Source of the DNA: a virus
Lineage: Duplodnaviria; Caudoviricetes
Reading direction: 5' to 3' (one strand)
IMG/VR virus record: IMGVR_UViG_3300032318_001383
Coordinates: 1 to 51,918 of that record
Length of the DNA stretch: 51,918 nucleotides
The notes under the pieces were generated by a model. That model saw only the letters and a list, made by a program, of their open reading frames with translations, did not search any database and was not told the DNA's origin. The translations under genes and the position numbers were made by a program. This document shows, piece after piece, positions 10,101 to 17,879 of this stretch (positions are counted from its first letter, which is position 1; each line of letters starts with the position of its first letter).

Positions 10101-10431
10101 GCTGTGGTCCTTGGGCCGTGGGCCTTGGAATAATACGCTTGACCGCCTGTCGCGTCGGAGACTCCTGCTCTTTTCGTTGAGGCTGGCCCATCTGCATCGC
10201 CTCACGCATCCTGGCAATCTCAGCCTCGGTATACGCGTCATCACTCCTGGCCTCGCCCCCTTCAGCAAAGGCAACGGTAGACAGACTGTCGATATCGATT
10301 AACCCACCAAGGGCCATGGACAACGGGCCGTCAACCTCGATAGGCTGTGCAGCAGGCATCTGGCCAACAGGACCGCCCATGGCAAAACGAGCTACCGACA
10401 AGCTGTCAATGTCTTCGAGGTTTTGGTCCAT
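7132..10431 (-). CDS. Large modular protein with HExxH segment and C-terminal PcfJ-like domain
   Basis: 1099 aa. YEGSTMRHCVGGY...IFSLRD...PHVTIE...ILQIKGKGN resembles PcfJ-like domains. Also AAHEFEH, two copies of RRAEGSPEYGE and three [FM]AxGG motifs. Confidence 0.6.
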   Translation of the reverse strand: MDQNLEDIDSLSVARFAMGGPVGQMPAAQPIEVDGPLSMALGGLIDIDSLSTVAFAEGGEARSDDAYTEAEIARMREAMQMGQPQRKEQESPTRQAVKRIIPRPTAQGPQQPQQPSTLARQQLYALPPYSLDMAGKLGRVGPIRRAEGSPEYGEVADQELIKQIGIFEAGVPGYKQNIIKRPRIEQEGRLQIIPRSIEEEPANAFVASKNPRVVTFDEDVAQTVPYVAAHEFEHQLEGLANERYYRNKNTKTEAEKTKNNIEAFIGAQTNFLFENLKKAGVNGGKAVDRMKSGLASQEVKNYLSKKLNLGKDQYFGRIGDQDQPLFEYIADLSGIETHYGIDLTQDPVIRKKVFGDDDRIIQAYKSVTGLRQQRLDAKDLPPYTYQAPTGKLDSLYNSLKDSTTRFIRRAEGSPEYGEIAQQMTVGTLPMDQGPQGPSLASQGLDLLKQAGKTVYGNLREAVTDPVAFNKRALGNVAQQLQSDPQEFIMNWTGGGLGGIIKPKGGNVLLENVDKAIADLRPQSGTGHYASEYLDLLKKVATPEKLESLPLVRREVLQQRITAAEPLAAIDNWVQSKLGRYIRTEMGSEADPVRKLADEMSEKVQADYQAGLKRIAKMKDDIAKAKAKGKNTDASEIALEDEIDKVEAAFQETSKLPIQLGPYTHPALRTGEAREKAGFSPFPVSKSNLGKQWEEDADSYFFPHRAGDLVEANSPDLAANPWIAKINPNEMVYSVSPYVGEKQMFQHTIDELTNALRQTNLPPNLRLKPEDLEQLSIEKAFRHVNKINDWRMQQRAQASLEEANRVATTFKEYPDSPRKLKWQELKAPRYAELPPGYRLEQRVYEPSYPRSVYDPDAVLYGPDGKLITEFIGDPTQSLSEALEFLARNDLERALQYEGSTMRHCVGGYCDDVWAGQTRIFSLRDNKGEPHVTIETAPADIRNNTPADFVREQPGSLGLSKKDLEEFEDYYNPSFKSGITTSDDRLDYFRGLSNYIMKSPEFKEWLNSKPQEILQIKGKGNAKPNEKYIPFVQDFVTSGNWSRVSDLDNTDLVKIKPQMLQSLQNRGIDVKTSDIAGQPHITKQGFNRLADLLGGVEKYPD

Positions 10432-10468
10432 TAAGGCCCCAGCAGAAAAGTTGCTACAATTCTATGCC

Positions 10469-11938
10469 TCAATAGTACTCCGGCACAAGCCCCTCACTGG
10501 CTTTCTCGTCCTGATAGTCGCTGTCAAGGTTAATAAAGTTCCCGGCACGAAACCGCATCATCGCCTGGGTGGTGGAGTCCACAAGGTCGTCATTGTCCCC
10601 ATTTGGGAACGCCGCACACTCCTCGATCAACTCCATCGCCCAATCAGTGTCCGGGGCCCAGACCATACCGGACTCGAACAAAGGGGCCACCGCGTTGGCT
10701 CGAGATATCTTATCTTGGCCTGACCGGCGTCCACCTGGCGTGTACATTGTAACAGGGATCCCTACTCGGCGAAGCTCTTGCTGCAATGGCACACCGGTTG
10801 CCTTGGCCTCGATCAACACGTTATCGGGCTTCCACTCGTCATACTGCTCCTTGGCCCTACGCTTCAATTCAGGAAAGTCCCATCTTCCCTTTTGCATGTC
10901 CAGGAGGATAATGGCAGGCCCCCCATCTTCCTGGGGGTAGAACACGCCCCAGGTCGTAATGACAGAGAAGTCCGCCGTCTCCTTTTTAGAGTACGCCGTG
11001 TCATAGGACTGGATGATGTAATCAATCCTGGGCGTGTGTTCGTGTTCCCAGATTTGCCACCACTCGCGCTTGAGAATCGCGCCCTCGTCGTTGGTGGGTT
11101 GCTGCTGGTACATGGCGTTCCACTTCTGTGGGGACAATGACGCCTTTACGCCCAACAACTCCTCAAGCTTCCAAAAGCTTGGCCATAGGGGATTACCACT
11201 AGGCAGGATTGCAGGAAACTCGATTACCTCCCAACGGTCCGCCTTGTGCGAGACCTGGGCCTTGATCAACCTGGCAGTCAGATCCTTTGTTCCCCAACGC
11301 GTCATCACAATGACCACAGCTCCGCCAGGCTGGAGTCGCGAACGAGGTCCAGAGGAATACCAGTCCCAGGCATTTTCCAAGGCAAGCTCTGATGCCGCGT
11401 CCTGTTCCGAATGAGGGTCGTCAATGATCAAGAGATCCGCACCACGTCCAGTCATCGCACCACCAACACCGACGGCAAAGTACTCGCCGCCCTCGCTTGT
11501 CTCCCAACGGCCCGCAGCTTTCGAGTCCTGTTTCAAGAAGACCTGTGAAAAAAGCTCCCGATAATTCTCCGCCGACATGAGGTCCCTGACCTTTCGGCCA
11601 AAGCGCACGGCAAGCTCTCCGGTGTGGGTCGCTTGAATGATCTTGGTTGTCGGTTTACGTCCCATGATAAACGCAGGCAGGAGATAGCTTGCGAATTCAG
11701 ACTTCGTGTGCCGAGGAGGCATGTTGATGATCAAGCGCTTTAGCGTGCCGTTGGCAATCCGATCAAAAGCCTCGGCCATACGCTCGTGGTGCCCACTCAA
11801 AATGGCACTTGGCCAAACGTACTTAGCGAAGTCAAGAAAGTTTGTTTGTGCTCGCTCCTGCGCTTCCAGGAGGTGCAATCGTAATTCAAGTTTTAGGCGC
11901 TCGGCTTCTACGTCTTGCGGCGCGGCGGTCTGGTTCAT
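10469..11938 (-). CDS. terL: Terminase large subunit
   Basis: Walker A-like IINMPPRHTKSE, Walker B LLIIDDPH, coupling motif VMTRW, and RNase H-like nuclease motifs SYDTA and DDLVDSTTQA. Confidence 0.95.
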   Translation of the reverse strand: MNQTAAPQDVEAERLKLELRLHLLEAQERAQTNFLDFAKYVWPSAILSGHHERMAEAFDRIANGTLKRLIINMPPRHTKSEFASYLLPAFIMGRKPTTKIIQATHTGELAVRFGRKVRDLMSAENYRELFSQVFLKQDSKAAGRWETSEGGEYFAVGVGGAMTGRGADLLIIDDPHSEQDAASELALENAWDWYSSGPRSRLQPGGAVVIVMTRWGTKDLTARLIKAQVSHKADRWEVIEFPAILPSGNPLWPSFWKLEELLGVKASLSPQKWNAMYQQQPTNDEGAILKREWWQIWEHEHTPRIDYIIQSYDTAYSKKETADFSVITTWGVFYPQEDGGPAIILLDMQKGRWDFPELKRRAKEQYDEWKPDNVLIEAKATGVPLQQELRRVGIPVTMYTPGGRRSGQDKISRANAVAPLFESGMVWAPDTDWAMELIEECAAFPNGDNDDLVDSTTQAMMRFRAGNFINLDSDYQDEKASEGLVPEYY

Positions 11939-12174
11939 GCAAAGTCCGTTCGAAAAAAATTTGCAAAAAATTTTTTGCTAAGTGCGTTTTTAAACTAAAG
12001 GGGGCCCTTTTGCAAGTCCGACCCGGCAAAAAGTTCCGAATTCTGTTTTGGCCAGGAAAAACTGTGTGAAATCGGGCTAAAGCCTGCGCAGCCCACGCAC
12101 GGGGCCGTTTTGCGGAATCGATGTTAGTGGGCGCTCGCTGTTTCTGAAATGCCCGCCGGGACTCTACCCCAGGC

Positions 12175-12610
12175 GCACGGGCCACGGGCCACGGACCGGG
12201 GCGCATGGCCACCGGCCCACGGTCCGCGTGCCATTGATAGCGGCCGGGGTGTTTGTGATCCTGGCCACCGTCTGGAATCGGTTAACAAACACGCACGCCC
12301 AGGGCGAGCAGCTCACGCGTTACCAGGGCGCAGCTGCGCAGCTCACGGCCCACGGCCAGGCGTTACCAGGGCGCGGCCACCGTTACCAGGGCGAGCAGCT
12401 CACGGCCACCGGCCCACGGGCCACGATACGGCCAGGAACGGCCCAGGGCCCACGGGCCACGGCCCCCGTGCCTGGTTGTGATATTCCAGGGCGCCCACCG
12501 GCGCGACGGGATGCAATGGGCGCAGGGCCACGCCTGGCGCGGGCGAGCTCGTTGCGATACGCGGCCGGCCCGGTCCCTGCGAGAGTTAACAAACAAACAC
12601 GCCCAGGGCG
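12175..12610. repeat. GC-rich non-coding repeat region (heptamer runs plus CCAGGGCG iteron-like repeats); candidate genome terminus or packaging region
   Basis: CCACGGN-type heptamers at 12175-12230. CGTTACCAGGGCG at 12318, 12361 and 12381. GTTAACAAACA..CACGCCCAGGGCG at 12281 and 12585. Confidence 0.75.
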
Positions 12611-12626
12611 CCAGGGTTTCAGGCAT

Positions 12627-12651
12627 AAAAAAACCCGGCCATGGCCGGGTT
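12627..12651 (-). terminator. Intrinsic terminator of the early cassette
   Basis: Minus strand AACCCGGCC-AT-GGCCGGGTTTTTTT, just after the DUF932-like gene stop. Confidence 0.85.
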
Positions 12652-12671
12652 CAAGGCTGCAGCTGCAGCGC

Positions 12672-13721
12672 TTACGCGGCGAGCTCGGCCCGCTCGGACT
12701 CCCATGCATCAGGGCCGGCCGTTAGCAGCTCGACGGCCCGCGATTTAAGCGCAGCGCCCGAACCAAACCAGGCGGACTCTAAGCGCGTGTTATTGGACCG
12801 GCCGCGCTCGTGATCGACGAGCTCGGTCACGGCGTTAAGCATGGCCCACCGTGTCCCGGTTACGCCTGGAATATCGGATCCAATTGCGCCACCGTTGAAA
12901 AGCTGCAGCACGCGGCCATAAGCGCGTGACTCGCGGACATCGCCGGCGGATCTGTGCCAGGGTTTAAGCAGCGCGGCCAGGAATGCGTCCGCCTCGGCCG
13001 GGGCCATGCCCTGGCCGGCGAGCTGCCGAGAATTAATTAAAAAGCTTTCCCAGGCATTCGCGGCGATTCCAAGCTGCAGCCGGACGGCGTCCGCCTTGAA
13101 GCTTTCCGAATGCAATACGCGGACGGCGCTTTTTAAATAACCCGTATTAATTTCGGCCTCGCCTTTTACGGGCGCCCCGTTGCTGTACCCGCCCACGGCG
13201 GCCGTGATCGTATTATTGCAAACTACGCGAATCGCTGTGAACTTCGCCACGGTGGCCATGGTCCCGTCGTAGCTCGTACCGAGCAGCAAGTACGGTTTCA
13301 CGATATCGCGCGAAACCACGGGCGCAGCATCGCCCACGCTCGCCAGGGCCCAAACCCTTTTCCCGTCCGATAACGCGCCGGCCGTTTCCAATTGAAACCC
13401 GCCCAGGCTTACAAGCTCGCGGAAAAAATCCATAACTTCGCCAGGTTGAACTACCCGGTAACCGTCCGAAACCACGGCGAGCGGTGCGCCCGTGTCCGAG
13501 CGGTGCAAAACCTTACGGTTCGGCCAGGATTGCAGCTCAGTCGCTGCGGGCGAGCTGTAAAGCACGGGCGATTCTAGGACCGTGTAACCTAGGCCCGCTT
13601 GTTGCGTCCAGGTTTCAATGCTCGCGCCTGGTGTTAAGGCCTGGCCCAGGCCGTGCCATGGGGTGGCGCCGGTGTATGCAATGGCCGAGCGGCCGGTTGT
13701 TTGATCAATCATGTGTGCCAT
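12672..13721 (-). CDS. DUF932 / phage-plasmid-like TIGR03299-type protein
   Basis: TPWHGLG, ETAGALSDGKRVW, LLGTSYDGT, IRVVCNNT, GTRWAMLNAVTE and SAWFG motifs. Confidence 0.8.
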   Translation of the reverse strand: MAHMIDQTTGRSAIAYTGATPWHGLGQALTPGASIETWTQQAGLGYTVLESPVLYSSPAATELQSWPNRKVLHRSDTGAPLAVVSDGYRVVQPGEVMDFFRELVSLGGFQLETAGALSDGKRVWALASVGDAAPVVSRDIVKPYLLLGTSYDGTMATVAKFTAIRVVCNNTITAAVGGYSNGAPVKGEAEINTGYLKSAVRVLHSESFKADAVRLQLGIAANAWESFLINSRQLAGQGMAPAEADAFLAALLKPWHRSAGDVRESRAYGRVLQLFNGGAIGSDIPGVTGTRWAMLNAVTELVDHERGRSNNTRLESAWFGSGAALKSRAVELLTAGPDAWESERAELAA

Positions 13722-13847
13722 TTTTAAATCTCCTGTATGAGCGCGGGAGGATTCCCGCCTGCGAATAATAACCCGTTTTTGTTTGGGCGCGCAAGCTGCG
13801 CAATTCTCGCGCCTGGCGCGCGCCGATCCACCGCAAAAGAAAAAGGA

Positions 13848-14543
13848 TCACGCGGCCCGCCCGATATCGCCCGCGACATGGTGGCGCAGCAAGGACCCAG
13901 GGGGCAAGCTTCGCGCAAAATCGCGCAGCGCCTGGGAATCGTCCGAGCGGCCCGCCTTGCGCGTGCCGTGCCATTGAATCGCCGTGGGCCCGCTTGATGC
14001 ATAGCAGCCACCGGGCAGCGCCGTGCCTACCCGTTTAGCGCTCGGGCCGTGCGCGACAAACACCACGACAAAATCACGATCCGCACGGGCGCACAAGGGA
14101 CGGCCCCCGCCGCATTGCGCGCATGTGAAATTTTCGGCGAGCTCGGCCGGGCATTGGATAAAACGGCGTCCGCGATATTCCACGCCCCCGGCCCAATCGG
14201 TCCCGGCCGGGGCGGCCACCACGGCCGGGCGGCCCGCGTCCATCGCGAGCACGGCGTCGAGCATATTGTCGCAGCTCGCATTAATCACGGTTTCGCCTGG
14301 TTTCGCTACGGGCAGCAGCTCGGCCGGGAAATGCGAATAGGTCCACGCCTGGCCATTACGCGGCACGGCGGCCAATAACGCGGCGAGATAGTCGGCGTCG
14401 ATTAGATCGGCGCCTTTTTCGCCGGCCGGGTGAAGCGCGCAGCTTTTCGGGCATGTCGCGAATGTCTCATGTTCGCCGGCGCGATATGTCACGGCGATAG
14501 GGCCGGTTTTACGGTTAGCGGATGCGGCAACGGTTTTTAACAT
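13848..14543 (-). CDS. Cys/His-rich conserved phage protein (putative metal- or Fe-S-binding)
   Basis: Likely start MLKTVAASANRKTGPI at 14543 after ACAGGAGA. Motifs CPKSC, WTYSH, CPAE..CAQCGGGRPLC, GGCYA and LRHHVAGD. Confidence 0.65.
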   Translation of the reverse strand: MLKTVAASANRKTGPIAVTYRAGEHETFATCPKSCALHPAGEKGADLIDADYLAALLAAVPRNGQAWTYSHFPAELLPVAKPGETVINASCDNMLDAVLAMDAGRPAVVAAPAGTDWAGGVEYRGRRFIQCPAELAENFTCAQCGGGRPLCARADRDFVVVFVAHGPSAKRVGTALPGGCYASSGPTAIQWHGTRKAGRSDDSQALRDFARSLPPGSLLRHHVAGDIGRAA

Positions 14544-14668
14544 TTTCTTTTCTCCTGTATGTGCACGGCGGCGCCGTGTTTGTGAAATATAAAACAAACA
14601 AACAAAAAACACAAACAAACAAAAAACCCGGCCCCATACAAGCGGCCGGGCCATACAGGGACCAGGAT

Positions 14669-14980
14669 TCAACGGGCTGCCAGGTTGCGCAGGAATGTCC
14701 GAGAAAAAACAATATCTCCGCGAAACTCGGACGGGATTAAATAGTCGGCCCCGTTCGCGTAGTCTTCTGCGCGCTCAGGATCCATGCGCTTTTTTTCGAA
14801 AATGTTATGAACTAAAACAATCTCCCCTTCGTCGGTGGCCGGATTTCCCGATGCATGGGAATTTTCAATTACAAATTTTCCAAATTCCATTTCTCCAAAC
14901 CAAATTTCTACGGTTTCGGTGGTTTTTTCTTTTCTTAGGCCTTCAAAAAAAGCGCGGCCCTCTTGATCTATTGTTGACAT
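14669..14980 (-). CDS. Early hypothetical protein
   Basis: 103 aa, with an ATACAGGAGA SD and its own promoter upstream. Confidence 0.65.
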   Translation of the reverse strand: MSTIDQEGRAFFEGLRKEKTTETVEIWFGEMEFGKFVIENSHASGNPATDEGEIVLVHNIFEKKRMDPERAEDYANGADYLIPSEFRGDIVFSRTFLRNLAAR

Positions 14981-15026
14981 GTTTTTTTCTCCTGTATTTG
15001 CCAGGGCATGATTGCCGGGTGTTGCA

Positions 15027-15055
15027 ATTATAACTCACTCTCCCGGAGGTTCCAA
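15027..15055 (-). promoter_or_regulatory. sigma70-like promoter
   Basis: TTGGAA-17 nt-TATAAT upstream of 14669..14980. Confidence 0.6.
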
Positions 15056-15308
15056 TTCGACTACTTTGCATACATCAAGATTTGGCGCATAACGCCTGAT
15101 TGCATCTTTTGCGTATTCCTCGGCGTCTCGTTCAGAATCAAAGGGTCCTGTCACATAAAACCCTTTTTCCAAATTTCCTGCGAAGATTGCCCACTTCATT
15201 TGTCATCTCCTCTTCCAATAATCATGCACGCCAAAAAATAAACGCAAAACGCTATTGCTATCAGGCCCAGGGCGCCGTTTAACATTTGCAGGGCTTCCGC
15301 AATCCAAT

Positions 15309-15653
15309 TCATGGATTCACCATATCCATTTCGCAGTAATCGGCCACGCCGGCATCATAGCCAAGCTTATAAAGGTGCTTGTGATATTCGGTCATGTTTT
15401 CATATGTGCCATTCTCAAAAAACCCGGTGGCTCTTCCTTGCCAATAGCCCAAGGCATACGGGAATGCATTATCAAAAAAGTCTTCCTTCGCGGGCTCATC
15501 GCATTCCTCTTCGCTCTCGCCTAGCCAAACTGCTTGAGCTTGCGCGACAAGGCCTAGGCATTCGTCAGCCTCAAGGCGGTCGCTTTTTTGTAGTAGCTCG
15601 TACAAATTAGAAAAAGCCGAGCTTATCTCATCGTGGGTTGCAATCTTTTTCAT
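15309..15653 (-). CDS. Early hypothetical protein
   Basis: 114 aa, acidic, ATACAGGAGA SD, GY-rich C-terminus. Confidence 0.65.
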   Translation of the reverse strand: MKKIATHDEISSAFSNLYELLQKSDRLEADECLGLVAQAQAVWLGESEEECDEPAKEDFFDNAFPYALGYWQGRATGFFENGTYENMTEYHKHLYKLGYDAGVADYCEMDMVNP

Positions 15654-15694
15654 CTCATTTCTCCTGTATGTGACGGCAAGGCGCCGACAGCCAC

Positions 15695-15723
15695 AATTTA
15701 AATAAATTTATTTCTCGTGTCAA
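15695..15723 (-). promoter_or_regulatory. sigma70-like promoter
   Basis: TTGACA-17 nt-TAAATT upstream of 15309..15653. Confidence 0.65.
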
Positions 15724-15925
15724 CTACTTCCGATTGAAGATCGAATTGAACAACAACATGCCGGCCAACCTGGCTAGCTGCTTGAAGAAACCTCGCTCTC
15801 GCTCGGCCGTGCGATCCGGCGGCCTGTACTTCAAACCTTCCTGAACCCTGCGTGTGTATGTCTTTCTCATGCGCGCTGCTCCCTTTCTCAAAAAAGAAGA
15901 ACGGGGGCGCAATGCCCCCGTGGCT

Positions 15926-16174
15926 TTACTCCGCCAGCTTATCTAAATCAAACCATTGTCCATGGTCTGACGCCCAAACGAAATTTCCAATTGAGTTAAC
16001 AACGAAAGCATATCGATGCTTTTCCTTGTCAAACCAAACGGCCGAATGTTCCCCTAAGTCAACGCCTAGTTTCTTCAGCATTTTAGATGCCGTGTCAGCT
16101 CGCTTTTCCCCAAGTTCTGGGTCTTCACGCGGCGGCAGCTCGAGTTCAATCCAAACGCGATTTTTCGTGTTCAT
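15926..16174 (-). CDS. Early hypothetical protein
   Basis: 82 aa, ATACAGGAGA SD, downstream of a consensus promoter. Confidence 0.65.
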   Translation of the reverse strand: MNTKNRVWIELELPPREDPELGEKRADTASKMLKKLGVDLGEHSAVWFDKEKHRYAFVVNSIGNFVWASDHGQWFDLDKLAE

Positions 16175-16227
16175 AACTTTCTCCTGTATGGTTAAAGAAC
16201 AATGTCAAATTTTCATTTGACAAACAC

Positions 16228-16256
16228 ATTATACCAAAAACAAATTCACTTGTCAA
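16228..16256 (-). promoter_or_regulatory. Perfect-consensus sigma70 promoter heading the early cassette
   Basis: TTGACA (16256-16251), 17 nt, then TATAAT (16233-16228) with an extended -10 TG. A palindrome TGTCAAAT-N4-ATTTGACA follows at 16203-16222. Confidence 0.85.
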
Positions 16257-16257
16257 A

Positions 16258-16677
16258 TCACTCCAACAGTCGAGCTCGCAAAACATTCCACATCACATGC
16301 GACAAGGGCCACTTGTCAATCGGCTCAACATCGATGCCGCGCATGAACAAGTCTTCGGCCTGACTGCCGTCGTACAAGTACAAAAATCCTTTCAGCACCG
16401 AGGTCGTTCCGGGCGGATGATATTCAACAAGAAAGTATGTCGGGCAATTCAGATCCGCATGCTTAAGGTGGAATGCTACCTGGTGCGGGCTCATGGCTAT
16501 CTTGCGCCCCTTCCTCACCACCTTCAGTTCCACCATCACAAACACTCCCTCCCCCGTCAGCGCTACCAGGCAATCCGGAGTCCCCAAGTTCACCCGACTC
16601 TCGATCCTCGTTATGTGACTGTTTGGTAAGTTTTCTTTTAGCCTCTTGTGCAGCAATCCTTCGGGCTTTCTCGACAT
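16258..16677 (-). CDS. PD-(D/E)xK nuclease, Holliday-junction resolvase/VRR-NUC-like
   Basis: E..LHKRLKENL...RIES...GTPD...VELK...SPHQ pattern; GGAGG SD. Confidence 0.7.
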   Translation of the reverse strand: MSRKPEGLLHKRLKENLPNSHITRIESRVNLGTPDCLVALTGEGVFVMVELKVVRKGRKIAMSPHQVAFHLKHADLNCPTYFLVEYHPPGTTSVLKGFLYLYDGSQAEDLFMRGIDVEPIDKWPLSHVMWNVLRARLLE

Positions 16678-17296
16678 TTCGTAACGCCTCCTGCAGCGAT
16701 TGTGGTTCCGGTTCCGGATCCTGTTTTGATTCGATAACTTCGGTGACTTCCATTTCCAGGATGTCCTTCGGGGGTGGCCCTCCGTAAAGCTTTTTAATCT
16801 CGTCGAGCTTCTCCATCACTTGCTCTTTGCTCATGGAATCAATCGTGCCTACGCGAATCTCTTTGCGGTCCACATAGATCGTGCCCAAGGCCTGCCCTCG
16901 ACGATACTCAGCTTGCACGGCCGCGCCAAAAGCGCCCGCTGCCAAAGCAGCATCCCGAATAGTCAAGAGGTCTCGCATGTGCCGCTCGTAGGTCGTGTTG
17001 TACTTGGCTGCAAGCTCGGCCCTGTACTCCTGGATCGCGGCAACGATATGTGGGCATCGGTCAGGAGAGGTAAGCCGGCTAGCGATTCCGCTCGCTGACT
17101 GCGGATTAAACCCAGCACGGATTGCAGCCTCTTTCAGGGTTATCGCGCCGTCCCCGGACACAAGCTCTTTGACAAAGGTCCACTCCCTGGCCGTCAAGGT
17201 CTTTTGCTTCTTTAGTGGGGCTACTGGCGTGGCCAGGCGCTTTGCTAACTTGTCCCCGATAACTGGTGGAACATTCCAAACGTCTTTTTTGGCCAT
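16463..17296 (-). CDS. terS: Terminase small subunit
   Basis: Likely start MAKKD at 17296. HTH-like LTAREWTFVKE...EAAIRAGF..SASGIASRL...HIVAAI, then AAVQAEYRRGQALG.IYVDRKE. Confidence 0.7.
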   Translation of the reverse strand: MAKKDVWNVPPVIGDKLAKRLATPVAPLKKQKTLTAREWTFVKELVSGDGAITLKEAAIRAGFNPQSASGIASRLTSPDRCPHIVAAIQEYRAELAAKYNTTYERHMRDLLTIRDAALAAGAFGAAVQAEYRRGQALGTIYVDRKEIRVGTIDSMSKEQVMEKLDEIKKLYGGPPPKDILEMEVTEVIESKQDPEPEPQSLQEALRNVEKARRIAAQEAKRKLTKQSHNEDRESGELGDSGLPGSADGGGSVCDGGTEGGEEGAQDSHEPAPGSIPP

Positions 17297-17586
17297 TATT
17301 CGTACCTCCGACAAATCCACTCTTCTAGCCCGACAGAGATCACATAGCACTTTATATCGTCATGGTCTTTGTACCACCTGGTCAGGGCCATGCGCACCTT
17401 CTTGGCTTCCTCTTCTGATTCAAGGTACAGGTAGTCCCCGATATTCATGTCATCAAAGGGGTAAATTGTTCGCCACCCATATTTTTTAAGGTAATGCTGC
17501 CGGGTGAACTCCTTGAACTTAGGTTGATTCCACTCTAGCTCCATCTGTCTCTTGGTCTGATTCACATTACTCTCCTGCAAACCCAT
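17296..17586 (-). CDS. Small putative DNA-binding protein (paralog of 17562..17873)
   Basis: YPFDDMNIGDY...W.CRR motif shared with its neighbour. Confidence 0.55.
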   Translation of the reverse strand: MGLQESNVNQTKRQMELEWNQPKFKEFTRQHYLKKYGWRTIYPFDDMNIGDYLYLESEEEAKKVRMALTRWYKDHDDIKCYVISVGLEEWICRRYE

Positions 17587-17873
17587 TCGCCGTCATCTCG
17601 TTGCCGGGTCGTAAACTGCCTTCCAGGGTATCGCTTGTAAAAGGACTGCAGCGCGCTTCGTATCGACACAGATTCCCGGAAAGTAAACACCCGGAAAAAA
17701 TCCCCAACGAGCATTTTCTTAAACGGGAACCGATTCCTGCCCGAGACGGTATGGGTCACATGAAATTCCCTAATCCGGATTTTCGGATTGGAATTTTCAA
17801 CCTCTTTATCCCTCAACACTAAAGCCTCCATCAAGTATGTAGGTAAGGTGTACATTAATACAAATCTTACCAC
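17562..17873 (-). CDS. Small putative DNA-binding protein (paralog of 17296..17586); start uncertain
   Basis: FPFKKMLVGDFF...SIRSAL...W.CRR. Confidence 0.55.
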   Translation of the reverse strand: MVRFVLMYTLPTYLMEALVLRDKEVENSNPKIRIREFHVTHTVSGRNRFPFKKMLVGDFFRVFTFRESVSIRSALQSFYKRYPGRQFTTRQRDDGEWVCRRVM

Positions 17874-17879
17874 AATGTC

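Noticed and set aside
12281-12610. CCAGGGCG repeats as a mini-CRISPR
   Set aside because: The repeats are short (8-13 nt core) and irregularly spaced, and the intervening sequences are themselves repetitive.
11842-12813. Several overlapping ORFs in the GC-rich repeat region
   Set aside because: Their Pro/Arg/Gly/Ala-rich translations arise from stop-poor repeats and lack SD sequences; treated as non-coding.
14591-14626. CAAA-repeat tract as a phase-variable element
   Set aside because: It is short and imperfect and overlaps a likely terminator U-tract and promoter spacer; there is no evidence of variation.
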